Source: Iphione sp. A-MEVVRFRX5 (taxonomy: Eukaryota). Taken from it: a stretch of 64,000 bases of DNA. The translations under genes were made by a program, and so were the position numbers. The stretch is from the NCBI GenBank assembly GCA_976226885.1, contig OZ320316.1, positions 92,442,001-92,506,000 on the forward strand, read 5' to 3'. Positions 49,655-63,168 of this stretch are shown here, piece by piece; the stretch's first letter is position 1, and every line of letters begins with the position of its first letter. Under the pieces are notes generated by a model. It ran no database searches, had not been told where the DNA came from, and was given only the letters and a program-made list of their open reading frames with translations.

Positions 49655-50059
49655 CTGCAACGAAAGACAAAGTAATGAATGAATAGAATGCTTCATCCGG
49701 AATTCTATAAGACCTCTTGCTTGCTGTAATTCTCATATTTGTTATTCACAGCTTTGACACTATGTCTCTTTAGTCTTTCCTGTCTAACTTCTGTTTTTCT
49801 TCCAATTTCCCTCTTTCAGTATAATCGCTATAATTTGTCTTCCCTTTTCATTTGGTGTTTTTATCCTTGCATTTATTGCTTTCTGCTCTGATCTTTTTTA
49901 TTATTTTTCTGAACGGCATGCACAAGGTGGGTGAGCTGCGCTCTAAAATACCCAATGTATTGTGCCGGAGGTTCTACTCAACACGGCGATAACAGTATGA
50001 CACCTGACCAGGCTAGCTATCCACAGTAAACACTCAATCATAATAAGATGCCTACTGAC

Positions 50060-50174
50060 CAGGACAAAGTTGGTGAGCTGCATACTCTTCTGTTGCACAT
50101 CAGCCGCCATGTCCTCCAGGTTCTCCACAGGAGACTCGCCTTCCTCATCGTACTCAAGGTCAGGATGCGGTGGT
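50060..50174 (-). CDS. RyR: RyR exon PPHPDLEYDEEGESPVENLEDMAADVQQKSMQLTNFVL
   Basis: AG/GTCAGT; phase-consistent; divergent region. Confidence 0.88.
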
Positions 50175-51079
50175 CTGAAAGCAGTTCATTATGTCTTTTT
50201 ATTAAAGACGGTAACACTGGGGGATAAAAGATACATATCTTGTTCGATGAAATTCGAGGGGGACTCATATGGAAATTTTGATTGATTTTATTACATTTGG
50301 TTTATTCCATTCTATGGATGCAACTTAAACGATCAAACCTCATGCCTTTTAGTTTTCGTTTACAGTGTGCCAAGTAAAGGTAAACAATCTGTAATGGGTT
50401 AGCATTTCTTCGGTAGATGTTGCCTATGAAATTACAGACCACTGGTATCATACCTAGCAATTAACATCTAATCTGGAGACGTGTAATCTTTGTCCAGTAT
50501 GGCTTGTACTTATCAGTGAATAATGCCACCTTTCTTGAAATTGCTTCCTATGTATATTATAGATACTCTGCCTCATTTTGGTGTGATTTGTCAGGCGGAC
50601 TTAGACGGCAGTCGAAGGCATGGCGGGTAATGCCTTAGGCAGCATGGAAGCATATATCAAAACCTAGAGTGCAGCTAACTCTGGTGTAGCCTGCTTTAGT
50701 TGTGGTATGGTCTAGGACATGGTGGCAAAAATCTCAGACCAGTTGAGGGTAAAGTTGGAAGCCATCAGGCAGGGCATCTTTCCCATAGGGATACTTTTAA
50801 GAATGACAAAGTATTCCTACACACATGTACAATATGGACATGCCTCAATTCATCTATTGATGGAAGGCTTGGATATTGTCTATCCTCTTTTGTCTTTCAT
50901 TGCTGGATCCTTGGAAACGCTTGTCCATAGAAAGAAACGTTTTAGTGGAGCCAGCAGTCCAAATAAATGTAGTTGAACAAGATCTAAGACTATCAGCATC
51001 AGGTCAATAAGGAACAGTTTGGGAAAGATCCAAGATTTTTCTCTAGATATAGACAGTGAAGGTCTGGATTAAGACTTAC

Positions 51080-51280
51080 TTGGGTGTGGCCTGTTCTGGC
51101 TGTGGTGTGGTGGGTGGCTCAGTGGTGGGCTGTGGTGTAGCAGGTGGCACCTCAGGCAGGGGAGTCATATGTTCCACGTGTTCTCCCTCTCCTTCGTCTT
51201 CAGGTGAGATCTCCACGTCTTCTTCACTCATTTCCTCACTTGACTGAGGTGTCAGCTGCCTATGTGCTGTCACTTTGAAT
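51080..51280 (-). CDS. RyR: RyR divergent-region exon FKVTAHRQ...EVPPATPQPTTEPPTTPQPEQATP
   Basis: AG/GTAAGT; phase 2-2. Confidence 0.88.
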
Positions 51281-52424
51281 CTGAAATGAGAGTGCCATCG
51301 ATGGGTTGACTGTGTTTATAGGGGCCCAGTAGGTTCTGTGTTTGCCATTTATTGAGTGGAAGTTCGAGGTTAGTGCACTCAATAATGACTGGTGATTCAG
51401 GGCATTTGGGTGTCCGGCATTCTTCACCTTGTGGATCATATCATATTGGGCAACACCGAATGTCTTAGTGGTTTGTGTGCCTAAGTGTCTTCGTCTGTGA
51501 TTTTCAGCTGTGATATCCAGCAATGTGGACAGTATTGGAGACGTACAGTGGTATTAATGTAGGTAACTTGGAGTGGGCATTTGTTTTTAAAGTCAGATGT
51601 GAAACATTCAGTGAAAAAAACATTCATTGGTGGCTCTGTGAGATGTCAGTAGAAGCGCATCATGTTGGGGACTAATAAGAACTGAGTTTATTTAAACATG
51701 ATCCTGGTAAGCCAATTATTTGTTGCCTTTAAAGTATTCTAGGACCTTTAATGATTCGACCAGGTTCTAAGGACATAAGCATTAAGGATTAGCGGCTTCT
51801 TGTCTTCTTAGAAATCAATGTTGGCTATGTATGTTTGATGTCTCTAGCCTCGTCCATATAAAGCAACCGGTTTCTGGATAACCAAAATTCAGGATAGGTA
51901 ACAATCAGAGGTATGTCAGAAGCTTAGGCATATATATATTTTCGAAATCATCTAATGCGACCGCATCTAATGAGATGGACCAGTCACAATCTACCCTCAA
52001 TATAGCGTTGTCTTTTTTTAGAGGGTTTTCTATACGTGTAGTACTTAGGGAGACCAGTGAATATTGCCCTTAGTTCTGAGATGCCCTAATGGTTAAGCTG
52101 CCAACAGGGGGAGTTAAATTTCTACATACAGTTGCTCCTCCATAACCAACAACCTGTTAACCGACAAATATATCTTACCATGAAAATAACAACCAATCTC
52201 CCTTTTCTATAAAATAATATACTTGATAATAGAAAACACAAGTATAACCAACAATACCACCTGCAACACAACTCTGTCGGTTATTAAGGGTGAAATGTAT
52301 ATAAATACATGTATATATATGTATATGTGTGCAATATAAGTGATTCTGTCTGTTGTGCAGAATACAGCTCGGTAGTTATATTCAGGATGGAGCATTAATG
52401 TTTGGTGGTATATGGAGTATCCTG

Positions 52425-53928
52425 CTAATGATGACAGAAACATTGAGCGATGTTCTGAATCGCTGCTTGAAGGAGGGTAATTTCTTACATCCCTGGAAAA
52501 TTGCCTGGGTTAGACCTATCTTGAAAAAGGGTAACTCCTGTGATAAAGCAAACTATCGACCTGTGGCAATACTAAATTTGGTTGGGAAACTGTTGGAGAC
52601 AATTGTGCACCAGCAACTAAGGGACTACTTATTGGAAGTAAACTATTTCGCCAAAGAACAACATGGGTTTATCCCTAATCGCAGTACCATGAGAGCTATG
52701 TTAAGTTGACTGGGAGAAATACACGAGCATATGGATGCCGATAGGCACGTTGGAGCAATCATGATTTACCTCTCGAAGCCATTTGATGTGGTGAACCATG
52801 ACTTACTCCTAAAAAAACTGGTGGATAGTGGCCTACATCAGACGGCGGTACAATGGTTTCAGAGCTACCTAACTGGGAGGAAACAGTATGTTTCTTGCAA
52901 TGGTGTAAAATCCAGTGTCCTGGCCCTACAATATGGGGTCCCTCAGGGTAGCTTTTTGGATCCCATATTATTCAATATCATGATAAACGATCCTCCTAAG
53001 GAATTAATAGTCAATCGACCCCATACGTATGCGGATGATGTAACCCTGACTTGCTCAGTGACAAATATACTATCCTTGAGACTAAAGATGCAATGGGGTC
53101 TTAGAACAGTAGCAAACTGGGTTAAGAGCAATGGCTTCAAAATGAATGACAAGAAAACCGAGTACATGTATATCCTCTTTGGGAAAAGCAGAGTACATGA
53201 GTACATCTCTTGCTGCATGAACATACAACCCGTAAAGTTGAAAACGACGAGACTTCTAGGGTTCACCCTTTGTGATAAGCTTAGTTGGGCACCCATGATA
53301 ACTGACGTGCGTAAACAAATCCGTCAACGAGTATATTTTCTGGCTAAAGTGGTCAATAGACTACTGTATTTGGAGAGAATCATGATGTTTAAATCCTTCA
53401 TTCTACCGGTAGCAGAGTATGGGTTATGCTTTATGATGTCTGGATCTATCAAATTGCAAACTGAACTTCAGAGAGAATGTACAAGTGCCCTAAAGAGAAT
53501 AGTGGGGGGCAGGTTCAGTTCAAAGAAATTAATGTCTGATGGGAATGTGGAAAGGCTAGAATCGAGATCTGATTTTCAACTATGTATTACGTTTGATTCA
53601 CAGGATGCATTTACTGGGCCTCTACACCTACTTGAAAAGATGCATGTCCATGAGACCCAGCAGACTGGAAATGCCTAAGCCTACCCATTCAATGATGACG
53701 AGATCCCCATTATATTTGTAGGCCTATCTCAGTGGAATAATCCGCCATTATCAGTAAAACAATATACAAAAATAAATCAGTTTAAAAGGATGGCTAAAAA
53801 AGCTATACAGAGGAAAAGAATCGATAGGTGATGCTTCTGCTCATGTACCGATCATGTAGTTCACTGGGAGATCTCTATGTGTAACGGAGATGTGAATAAA
53901 GATTCTTGTATTCTTGTATTCTTGTATT
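52425..53928 (+). mobile_element. 5'-truncated, inactivated CR1/L2-clade LINE (RT domain, 3' UTR and microsatellite tail), antisense to RyR within an intron
   Basis: WKIAWVRPILKKG, NYRPVAIL, QHGF, GVPQGS..P.LF and YADD motifs. In-frame TGA at 52707-52709; motif A reads IYLSKPFD (catalytic Asp replaced); frameshifted end WNNPP...FKRM..* at 53831; AATAAA at 53895 then (ATTCTTGT)3. 5' edge approximate. Confidence 0.9.
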
Positions 53929-54349
53929 GCACATTACAGTAAGGTGGTTGCAGTCGGTTTTAGTGGGGTTACTTTATACTGGAGGTTGAGAGCTCAGCAT
54001 CGGGCCTGGGACCAAAAAGAAATATAAAGAAATATAAAACAAAATTCCACAAGAATAGCCGTATTTTCTTCTAATTCTTAAAAAAAATATCACAGTTTCT
54101 GTGAAAAAAGAAGAAACAAAACAAAGGAAAGTGCAATGTTGCACATGACAGTGAGGTGGTTGCACTCGGTTTTGGTGGGGTTACCTTTCACTGGAAGTTG
54201 AGGGTTCAACATCGGGTCTGGGACCAAAAAGAAATATAAAGAAATATGAAACGAATTCCACAAGTATAGTCGTATTGTTTTTCTACATCTACAAAAATTA
54301 TACCAGCTTCTGTGAAAAGAGAAGACACAGAACAGAGGAAAATGTAATG
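53927..54349. repeat. Tandem duplication, 212-bp period, 2 diverged copies, abutting the LINE tail
   Basis: ttgcaca(t/g)(t/a)acag...gggaccaaaaagaaatataaagaaatat at 53927 and 54139. Confidence 0.9.
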
Positions 54350-55110
54350 CTAAGTAAATCGAGCTAAAAATATATAAACAATTAAGTAGCATTTGGGTAG
54401 ATCTTATCTTCGCATGGGATGTTTTCTTGGAAATGTGAGACAAATGTCGACAAGTGAACTGATTTCCATTGATAGTGACATCATGAGTTAACAGCTGCTG
54501 GCCATTACTGCAATCTTTAGCCAAAGCTCTAGAATATCGGTGTATTCCCGGTTTGAAGCAGTTTGCCACGTATATGACAGGGTATTTTACGTACACAGAA
54601 ACTTGCAGTGGTTCAAGATACGTAGATATGGATTGGAAATTAGAAGAGGAACAGCGAAGGAAGAGACTGTGTGGGTCAGCACAGATAAAAAGTGTAAAGA
54701 TTGCTTAATCTGTCGTTATAAAGGATATCAGTGATAAGGAATACAGTGTGAAAACAAGGGAAGCAGTTGAGGAAGTAGTGCTCGTGCTATTTGCAACATT
54801 GGTTATTAAAATAGAGGTTATAATACGTATATATACCGAGGGATGGATGAGACTAAGAAATAACAGTAAGAACCGAAAAGAAGTCGTCAATGTGTGTACG
54901 TGTCAAAACTGTTTCTATTTTGTCTTCAAGTAAACGTTTATGCCGATACCAAATTGTAAAGGTCTGTGAGCAATCCTGCGCATATACCAACATCGGAGGA
55001 AATAATATTATGGACCATTACAGCACAGGCGTTCATAACACAGAATTTCATAATATAAATTGCGACAATACGGCGAGGAAAGCTAGCTTCGTCGTCTTCG
55101 CGCTACTCAC

Positions 55111-55347
55111 GATGTTTGTCCACCCTCGTCCTGTTCCTTAGTGATGTCCATTCCGAAGGCCTCGATCGTCGTTCCTGTCCGTTCCTGGTCATCGTGCTGC
55201 GATATCTCCGGAGCGTACACCGGCTCCGCTAAGATAGGCTTGTGGCCCGGCATTACTAACGCAGGTCGGTCAAGCACTGCCATGCGCTTCACATCGGCTT
55301 GCGTTCGATCACCACGCATCATGGTATACACGAACCGACAGAAGGTC
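55111..55347 (-). CDS. RyR: RyR exon TFCRFVYTMMRG...IEAFGMDITKEQDEGGQT
   Basis: AG/GTGAGT; phase 2-2. Confidence 0.9.
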
Positions 55348-56904
55348 CTGTCACGGTCAGAGAAAGGCGAAGTCGTTACGGTTGGTGTATCGATAATACC
55401 TTTATTTATGAAGTCTCTTTAGGTGCTTAGTGTTTAGAAGCTTGGCAGTTAGACGGTCAAAGCCCTTGAGGTTATTTTCACGTTACTTCGCACAAGCATG
55501 CTGAACGGCATTTAGCTATGTTCTCTACATGGCATAACATATGGGATCCCAAGGTGATGGGTTTAATTCTCTAGAACTTAGTTGCAGACTTCCAGGTCAT
55601 CTGGCTATTTCACATCCACCAAGAACAGTCGCAGGTGAGTATATGGCGTTTTCGGATACTGTGATATGTAGAAAGAACACATTTTAGCTGTTTTACGTTT
55701 AGAAATAATATGAATGAAAGAGCCCGTCTTTACGTTTACCTTTAAGATTTTGGATGCTTAAAGTTATAGCAGTCAAGGTATTTCCTGCATATGACCAACT
55801 GCATGAAAGGAATTGTCCGAATGGCTTAGACCCCGCGACTGGTTTTGATGGAATAAGTCACAGTTATGCTTATTTTGAGTTATATATATATTATATTTGA
55901 AAGGGAGTAACATTAACAGGATCTTAAGGGCATTTCATGACCAAAACAGATTAAATTTAAGTAAAACTATGCTGTGTCAACATATCAAAGGAAGTGTGAT
56001 AGGCATATACCTTATAACACATGGACTGCCTCAATGGGCATTTTAACTGTCCTTAAGAACAGAACATGGGGTAGTACAAGATACTTAAAAGTCCAGAAAA
56101 TATTAGTTTCTTTGTTGCTGAGAACCTACTTAACAGGTCTGTATACATACACGTAGAAAAAGATACATTAGTCTATTGTCTATTTGTTTTGTAAAAGAAA
56201 TAAGTTATGAAAGTATGCAAAGGAATAGACTTCTGAAAGTAAAAGAATATCGTAGCTAAGTTGGAGTGAACTATAGGTTTAACTAGAGGGGCTTCATGCA
56301 ATGTTCCGTAACATAAAACATATCCCTAATAATGTAAACTAACATAGATATGTATGCAAGCCAGGCAGGGAGTACGAATTAATCAATTAAAGTAAGGCCT
56401 TTAAATACAATTTAGATAGATGACGCAACGCATCCATAAAGTCTGTCAAAGACCTACATTTACATCGACAACTACCACAGGACGATAAGAGAGGAACAAA
56501 GCGACATCTTAGGAGAACTAGTACTCCCGACTTTTCTGGTCACCACTTACTTCGTCAATCTCCTAGTATAGGCAAGATTGAGACATGGAGGGTTACTTTC
56601 AAACGTTGAATATATTTACAGGACAATGTTCGCATTATGAACATAGTAGTTGATTATATTGATTGATTTACTGGACGTAAAGATTAAGTACCATATTCAA
56701 ATTTGACAAAATATGTATGAGGGGCAGAACTTGGAACATAACTGATATTGGATTCGTTAAATATGTTACTGAAATTGCTGAGGGTGACATAATTAACAGA
56801 GACAATACCCAGAGACAATATCTTTCATAGTGATAGAAATCCAAGATTCCTTTCACACTAGAAAGAAAGTTATCCTTTTAATATTGGAGCGGCTTTGCTA
56901 TAGT

Positions 56905-56950
56905 GCTAAAGGGCATAAGAGATTCCAGCTAAAGGGCATAAGAGATTCCA
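56905..56950. repeat. Perfect 23-nt tandem duplication
   Basis: gctaaagggcataagagattcca x2. Confidence 0.95.
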
Positions 56951-57055
56951 ACTAATCAATCCACAAGATTAGCTATATCGACCTTCAGCTGGGGTCAGCA
57001 GGAAAAACAGCTCATTGAACACGGACTAGACCAGCATGGTAATGCTTCTACTTAC

Positions 57056-57259
57056 CAAAGAACAGTAAAGAGGAATGTGAAGACGGTGAGCGACAAGTTG
57101 AATGTGAGCGTGAGGAAGGCTAGGGCCAGCTCCTTGGGCGTCATGGAGCGGACGATGCGGTACTTCTGGCGCACGTTGGACGGGGACAGCAGCGATAGGC
57201 CGGCGATGAAACCGTCCTTGACGTAACCCAGGCCCGTCTTAAATCCGTCCCAGATGTTA
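57056..57259 (-). CDS. RyR: RyR exon NIWDGFKTGLGY...LSPSNVRQKY...FLFTVL
   Basis: AG/GTAAGT; LSPSN motif and hydrophobic S0-type segment. Confidence 0.92.
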
Positions 57260-58518
57260 CTGGAAATCACAATATAGAGATCGAGTTTCCCTACAATGAT
57301 ATTACATGCTATACAGTCCTACATGCTTCGAACCGAATCTTATCGAACACTGGTCCTAGAATAATTCTGACTCTCAAAAACATCAAAATTAATAGTGGTG
57401 CTTAGCTAAAGGCAGGTTGTGGATTCAAGAAATGTGCTGACCACCTGAGTTCAAAATAAAGACATCCGGGTTATTATTAAAGTTGTCTTAGATGATAAGG
57501 TAGCAAAATAGTCTAGGGTGAGTGTTAAGGTTAGAAATTACTCACTACAAAGCTTTATTTTCATTTCTGAAACACAATGAAGCTGCCATAAACAGTTACT
57601 TGCTAAACAGTACCTGCCCAAAATGGCGGCAGAGTTTACAAGGTTTGCCTACTACATAAGCATACCATGCAATGAACCCGTCGATTGCCCATAATTGAAA
57701 CCAGGTGGCGCAAGTGAATAATTTTATGACCTATTCTTGAAGTGGGAATGACGTCACAGTGGCTGATAAGCCTGGTACCCTTAGTCAAATGTGGTTCAGT
57801 CTGCCTGGGGTGAAGGTGAAAGGTAGTGGGTTTCTCTCTTTGAGCTTTTATAATGTTTATGTCCATAATAATCATTTGGCAATGATTCCAATGCTAAATC
57901 ATATACTATAATGAAAACACACCTAGAACTACCTGTGGATAGAGTGCATATGTCAAAATTATCATTAGTTTGTTTTCATCAGGCCTTAGAGTTCACATTA
58001 GAATAAGCAGAAACTCCCTGATTATCACCCACTTTTTTCCTCTGTAGTGTTTTTGCTAAATTAGAAAATATAGCAGAAGATTTTTATCTAAACACTAATG
58101 TGATTCTTTAGATTAATACTAAACCTATACATTTATCACAATGAAACTCTATGATACCTTTGAAGTCCTTATCAAATTGGGTTTGACAACTCTTTATTCA
58201 CACCTTGCTTGCAAAAAGTGCCCGGATTCCCCACTCCAAGACCTCAGCGAGGGTTTACAGTCTCTACTAAATCCTATGTAAAATGTCCCACTTTGACCTG
58301 CTGCACCTCACTTATTTCTCCACAGAAATCTCTCAAAATTTGAAGAAATAATCTTTAATACATTATCTATATATCTGCCGAACTATGTTCTCCTACCTTT
58401 TACAGATTTTTAAAAAATGGCAGAAGAATCACCACCCTGTATCTTTTAGTCTCTCAGCTAAGCCATGTGCACAATGTTTGTCCAGGAAGAACTGTCACTG
58501 CCCATGTGCAGAGTGCAA

Positions 58519-58532
58519 GTTGCTATAGCAAC
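58519..58532. promoter_or_regulatory. Perfect palindromic RFX X-box-like site GTTGCTATAGCAAC
   Basis: Matches the consensus GTTRCYATRGYAAC; intronic, ~300 bp from a RyR exon. Function untested. Confidence 0.35.
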
Positions 58533-58825
58533 ATGCCACACCTCTTCAAAAAGGGCAAAACATGCCTCATAGGAACTCAAAAATCGACGGGTCCATTCAC
58601 CCAAAATCATTATCCATATCTCCTGTGTAGAGTCGACTATTCATTTAAAATTTAGAGTGAAACAGTACGTCACTCCATCTGTGAATGTAAAACATATCAA
58701 AGGCAAGCTTCTGGTCTTTTATACACGGACGTTGACAATGCTATACTGAACGAGATACGAAAAAAGCTAGAGTATTTCCATTAACGACTTGACCTGTGTG
58801 CATCGAAATGCAAGAGTAAGCCTAC

Positions 58826-58923
58826 CTCACTAGGCCCGATTCCCCAGAGCCTCCCCATAAGGACGGGAATTGCCCGAAGGAAATCGCCTGTTCTTCAGCA
58901 CTGATACTAGTAGCATGTTGCAT
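58826..58923 (-). CDS. RyR: RyR exon MQHATSISAEEQAISFGQFPSLWGGSGESGLV
   Basis: AG/GTAGGC; FE|MQHA continuity with the previous exon. Confidence 0.93.
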
Positions 58924-61298
58924 CTGGAGAGATTTTAAGAAAGCTTTTCAGTAACACAGTTATATGCTGCAATATCGTGTAGTGGCTCAAAAGGCTGAAA
59001 TATAAAAAAATATGTTAAATGTTCACCTGCTGTACGATATTTCTGGACGATGGTGCTAAACTCATTTTACCTTACCATTAAGAGGTCGACAATATCATAA
59101 AGATGTACATAATCAATGAGAAAAGAAGGTATGCCTTACGGCAATGGGTTCTAGGTTTCCTTCAAACAAATATGTATGGACATGCACCATTTAAGATATA
59201 CATATAGTAAGATAGGGAAGTTTCCATATGAAGAAACAACTGTTGTCAGCTTTTATAAATGACAAAGACAAGCACAATAACACAAGCTTTACGAACACCT
59301 ATCTGCCTGGGACAAATCATTTATGCGCCCTGAAAAGATGAAGGAAATCCGGCCAAAGCAGTCATAGCGAGAAAGTGAGTTATTTTATCCCACTTTAAAG
59401 ATCAAACATTAGAGTAATGATTTCAATTAAAGCCAAAACACTAATGTATGAATTTGTTTTAGTTACCACACGGGTGATGTTAAAATGTATCCAAAATGAG
59501 TAATAAGCATTGTTAAAAGCTTATGTTTTACTAGAGACAGTTATAATTTACTATCTACATTTCTAAATTCTATGTCAGCTAAATCACAAAATGATTGAGT
59601 CTCAGTAAGTTTAATGTACATAAAAATATTTGTCCAGAAACCTTGAGTAGGTGTTAAAATTGTTCAGAGAAGATTAACAGCAAATGTAAACTGAGCATTG
59701 ATCTTCTAACTGGTTTCCTCCCAGTAGAAGTCAATGAAGAATGTCACATGATTAGTACAGATACGAAAACCAAAAGCCAGAGTGAAGTATTCATGAAAGG
59801 GCGAAAGTCAAACCAGGAGATTTAGCATAGAAAACCGGAATTAGTGCCTTATACAACAGAGCAAACACTGCTTTTTAAATAGAATAGCTGCTGAGATCCA
59901 TAATACTATTTGGTTTATAGGAGCTTTGTTTGGGTCATCATAAATGATGTCTACTTGTTTGCAGTTCTTTAGTGGCTGAAATAAGTTACATCTAAAATGA
60001 TACCCATTCGAAGTCTCCTCACTGAAATTTCTCTCTTGCAGTAAGTTTAGTCAAGGTAATGTGGGAATCTGGTTCGTGATGATAGTGAAGATAGCTAACA
60101 ATAACCTGACATTGAACTTGACTTGGAAAATACCTAGGTGCAGAGTCTCAGCCAAAGTTTACATCATATTAAGACAGTCAGTCTTCACTCATCTGACATC
60201 GACCATTTATTTGGTCTTGATGGGAAATAAGACTTTGCATCGTAAACAAGAAATTATCACCTTGAAGTAATATCTTTGCGTTGCTTATCAGAAGGCTTAA
60301 AAATACAGATAGAGCAGCACTTCAATTACTTGCTTTGATGTACTAATTGCAGCTTGGCAACAGCTACATTTAATTTTACCAGACTTTCCTTGGTCTGTGC
60401 TGACCAAGAAGTAATTTTCTGGTGTAGATTCGTTCTTCAGCCTAAAACAACCATCTTTTTCCATATAGAAGGTATGTGGTGGTAGTTTCTTGGACTACGC
60501 ACTCAATATATTGTTTGATTTGGTAATTAGTCTGTTTACTGGAGAATGTATGTAAGCCGATGATGGACACAACTATTAGTAGAAGGAAGTGTCTGGTTAT
60601 TCATGGGCATCTCACCCGAAGAGAATAGGAATTAAAATAACTCCGACTTAAGAAAATGCCAAAGACTGGTCCTGCCACCAAAAGAATTTCTACTATGCAG
60701 TCAACCTTAATGCTGTGGACTTTCACAGTAAGGCATCCCTCATTGCAATACATTGTATACATGTGGCAGAGCTCTCACCTTTGCCTCCTATCATCTCTCC
60801 AAGATTTCATATAAGCAAAATTATTGAATAAGCAAGGTTGACTGTATAATAGTCGACAAATATGAACATTGTTAATATTATCCATCCCCTAGACCGATTT
60901 TGAAAAGAAAACAAAAGTGCAAATTTACATGTAGGTATATGTGTCTTAGATAACGGATTAATGTAAAAAACCGTAAATTAAAGTTCAAGTCTGGTTTGGG
61001 TCTAATGGAGGTGGCAGGCCATAACATCTGTTGATGATGCCTTGTGACCTAAAAAGGGTTCAAATTAAATAGATAAAAGACTTTCCATGCTCATCCCCCC
61101 AAAGAAAAGGACAGGCCGAATTCAGGAGGAACCCCAAATTTCCATGCGCACGTATGACAAAACTTGTTCATTTTTTGGGGGAAGGTGTGGAGGATTGATT
61201 TGAGGGATATTCTGTCTTTATTTTGTATCTGCGTCTTGGATGCAAGGTGTAATGGTGGGGATTTGCAGCTGTTTCTTTGTCCAATTTCCAGACACTAC

Positions 61299-61397
61299 CT
61301 CAAAGATGGTATCCTCACAGAAGTTGACAAAGGACTCAAGCTTTTCTTTATCCCCATCCTCGTTAACACACTCGTGGAGGAAGGCTCTCTTCGACTC
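61299..61397 (-). CDS. RyR: RyR exon [33 protein letters not shown]
   Basis: AG/GTAGTG; conserved motif. Confidence 0.96.
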
Positions 61398-62420
61398 CTA
61401 GAAAAGGCGACACCATCCAAGAAAAGAAATATCATTATTACAGACAAAACTAGCCTACGACAGCACGGACATCAGCCTCACCTCAAAGATTGTGTCTTCA
61501 CAGAAATTCACAAAGCATTCCAGTTTTCCTTTTTCACCCCCTTCATTTACTATATTATGCAGGAAGGTTCGCTTGGACTCCTGGAAAAGTGGTAATTATA
61601 CACATGTCAAACAATATGAAACTGGAGGAGAAGGCATTAGTTCTCCTCCGTCTAAATAATGACAAGGAAAATGAGAATCATATTTGGTACGATAATCTGA
61701 CTCGATAGGTTATTTACAAGGAAAGCCCTTTTAATTTTAGGAACCACATCATTTTAATAACTTTTTCCGGATTTTCCCTTTAGACTATACTTATCTGTAC
61801 TGTATATAAAGAGAACCACACAGCCTTTTGCTTAGTCAAGAAATCCTACCTAATTTCTACTAATCTGCTTTTCTTTCCCTTTCATTTGTATGTCTCATCT
61901 CATATCAAAATCAATGAAAACTTTGATGAAGTAGTCATATAAGAATATTTTCATGTTACTTTAATGCTACTGATCAACACGAATACCTAAATATATTATG
62001 CTTCAAAGATGTTTCGAACTGTCTGTCTTTGAATAAAATATTCTAATCTGCTGAGAACAAAATAAAGAATATTACTAAAACAAAAACAAATCATAGAATG
62101 AATAAGATTTTGCTAGATGCACATCTTTATATCACAATATGTAATTCAACTACAGGAATAATTCTTTCATTATCAAGCTAAGTCATTGTTGACATTAATA
62201 CAGTTTTGACATTAAATTTAACAATTCAAAATCGAACAAAAGACATTGTAACAAGAATTGGACAAAACAGCTGCACATACGTTTCTGATACACAATACTT
62301 AATTTTTATCCAAATAAGGACCAAATATATACAATATTTATAAATTGCACCTTCTCCATCGACCTCCTCCGTTTGCTTGAGCAGGTAATTACACTGTTAA
62401 ACGCGTGTTTTCTACAGTAC

Positions 62421-62577
62421 CTTGATCTGTGGCTTTTCCCACTGGTCAATGTGTGACTGGGTGATCTCGAAGTAGACCCGCTCGATGCGGCCGCTCCCAC
62501 CCATGATCTCGATCCTACCCAGGTAGGGCTCAAAGTAGTCCAGTACGCAGCGAGCCTTCTCCAGGAAGCGCTCCAAC
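62421..62577 (-). CDS. RyR: RyR exon [38 protein letters not shown]...WEKPQIK
   Basis: AG/GTACTG; conserved motif. Confidence 0.97.
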
Positions 62578-63006
62578 CTGGAGGATAATACAATAGGAGG
62601 ATGGGGATGAACTTCCCAGGGCCTACGATGGCTAACACGAGTTGGAAATGGTACGTAGGTTCACGCCGAGGTTACATGCTCTTGCATGGTCGCAAAACAC
62701 GAACGGTTAACCTGTATTACAATAATGAATGGACCATGGGAAATACGCGATGAGGCATTATAATCAAGAGATCGACAAGATTAGGGAAGGCATTTATATA
62801 TCGCTTCGACGTTGAGGTAAGGTGTCTGTTACAGCTACTGTTACTTCTACCAGGATAATAAACTCGTTAAATCCTAGCCAAGCTAGGCCATTTCAAGCTC
62901 GGACGTTTTGAGGTGACATCACGAGCAAGGTATTTAGGAGCCAGTAACTCGCTGTATTTTGTGAATAGAATGACGGGTGGACAGATTCAATGTGGGAATG
63001 CCGTAC

Positions 63007-63168
63007 CTTGGGTCGTTGGGCATGTGCTCAGCCAAGTTGGTAAGCAGTACTGCCACGTTGAAACCGATGTCCTTGGCTGGGTTGTGGAAGCGGTCCGTGA
63101 ATTCATTGAAGTCAACCCGTCCGTCTTGGTTGGCGTCCACACACATCATAATGTACTCAATCTCCTCG
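63007..63168 (-). CDS. RyR: RyR exon EEIEYIMMCVDANQDGRVDFNEF...AKDIGFNVAVLLTNLAEHMPNDP (EF-hand 2)
   Basis: AG/GTACGG; EF-hand loop and LLTNL motif. Confidence 0.97.

Larger units (their letters stand above)
42387..63168 (-). other. RyR: Ryanodine receptor gene, 3' part: 21 exons, 2,686 nt CDS, 894 aa + stop; continues beyond the right edge
   Basis: All junctions are GT-AG and phase-consistent. EF-hand region, S1-S6, GVRAGGGIGD filter, CFICG...H...H zinc site and ETYVW...[12 protein letters not shown]-terminus. Confidence 0.98.

Noticed and set aside
54090-54596. 168-aa minus-strand ORF
   Set aside because: Lies over the 212-bp duplication; low-information Phe/Leu/Ser-rich translation with no motifs.
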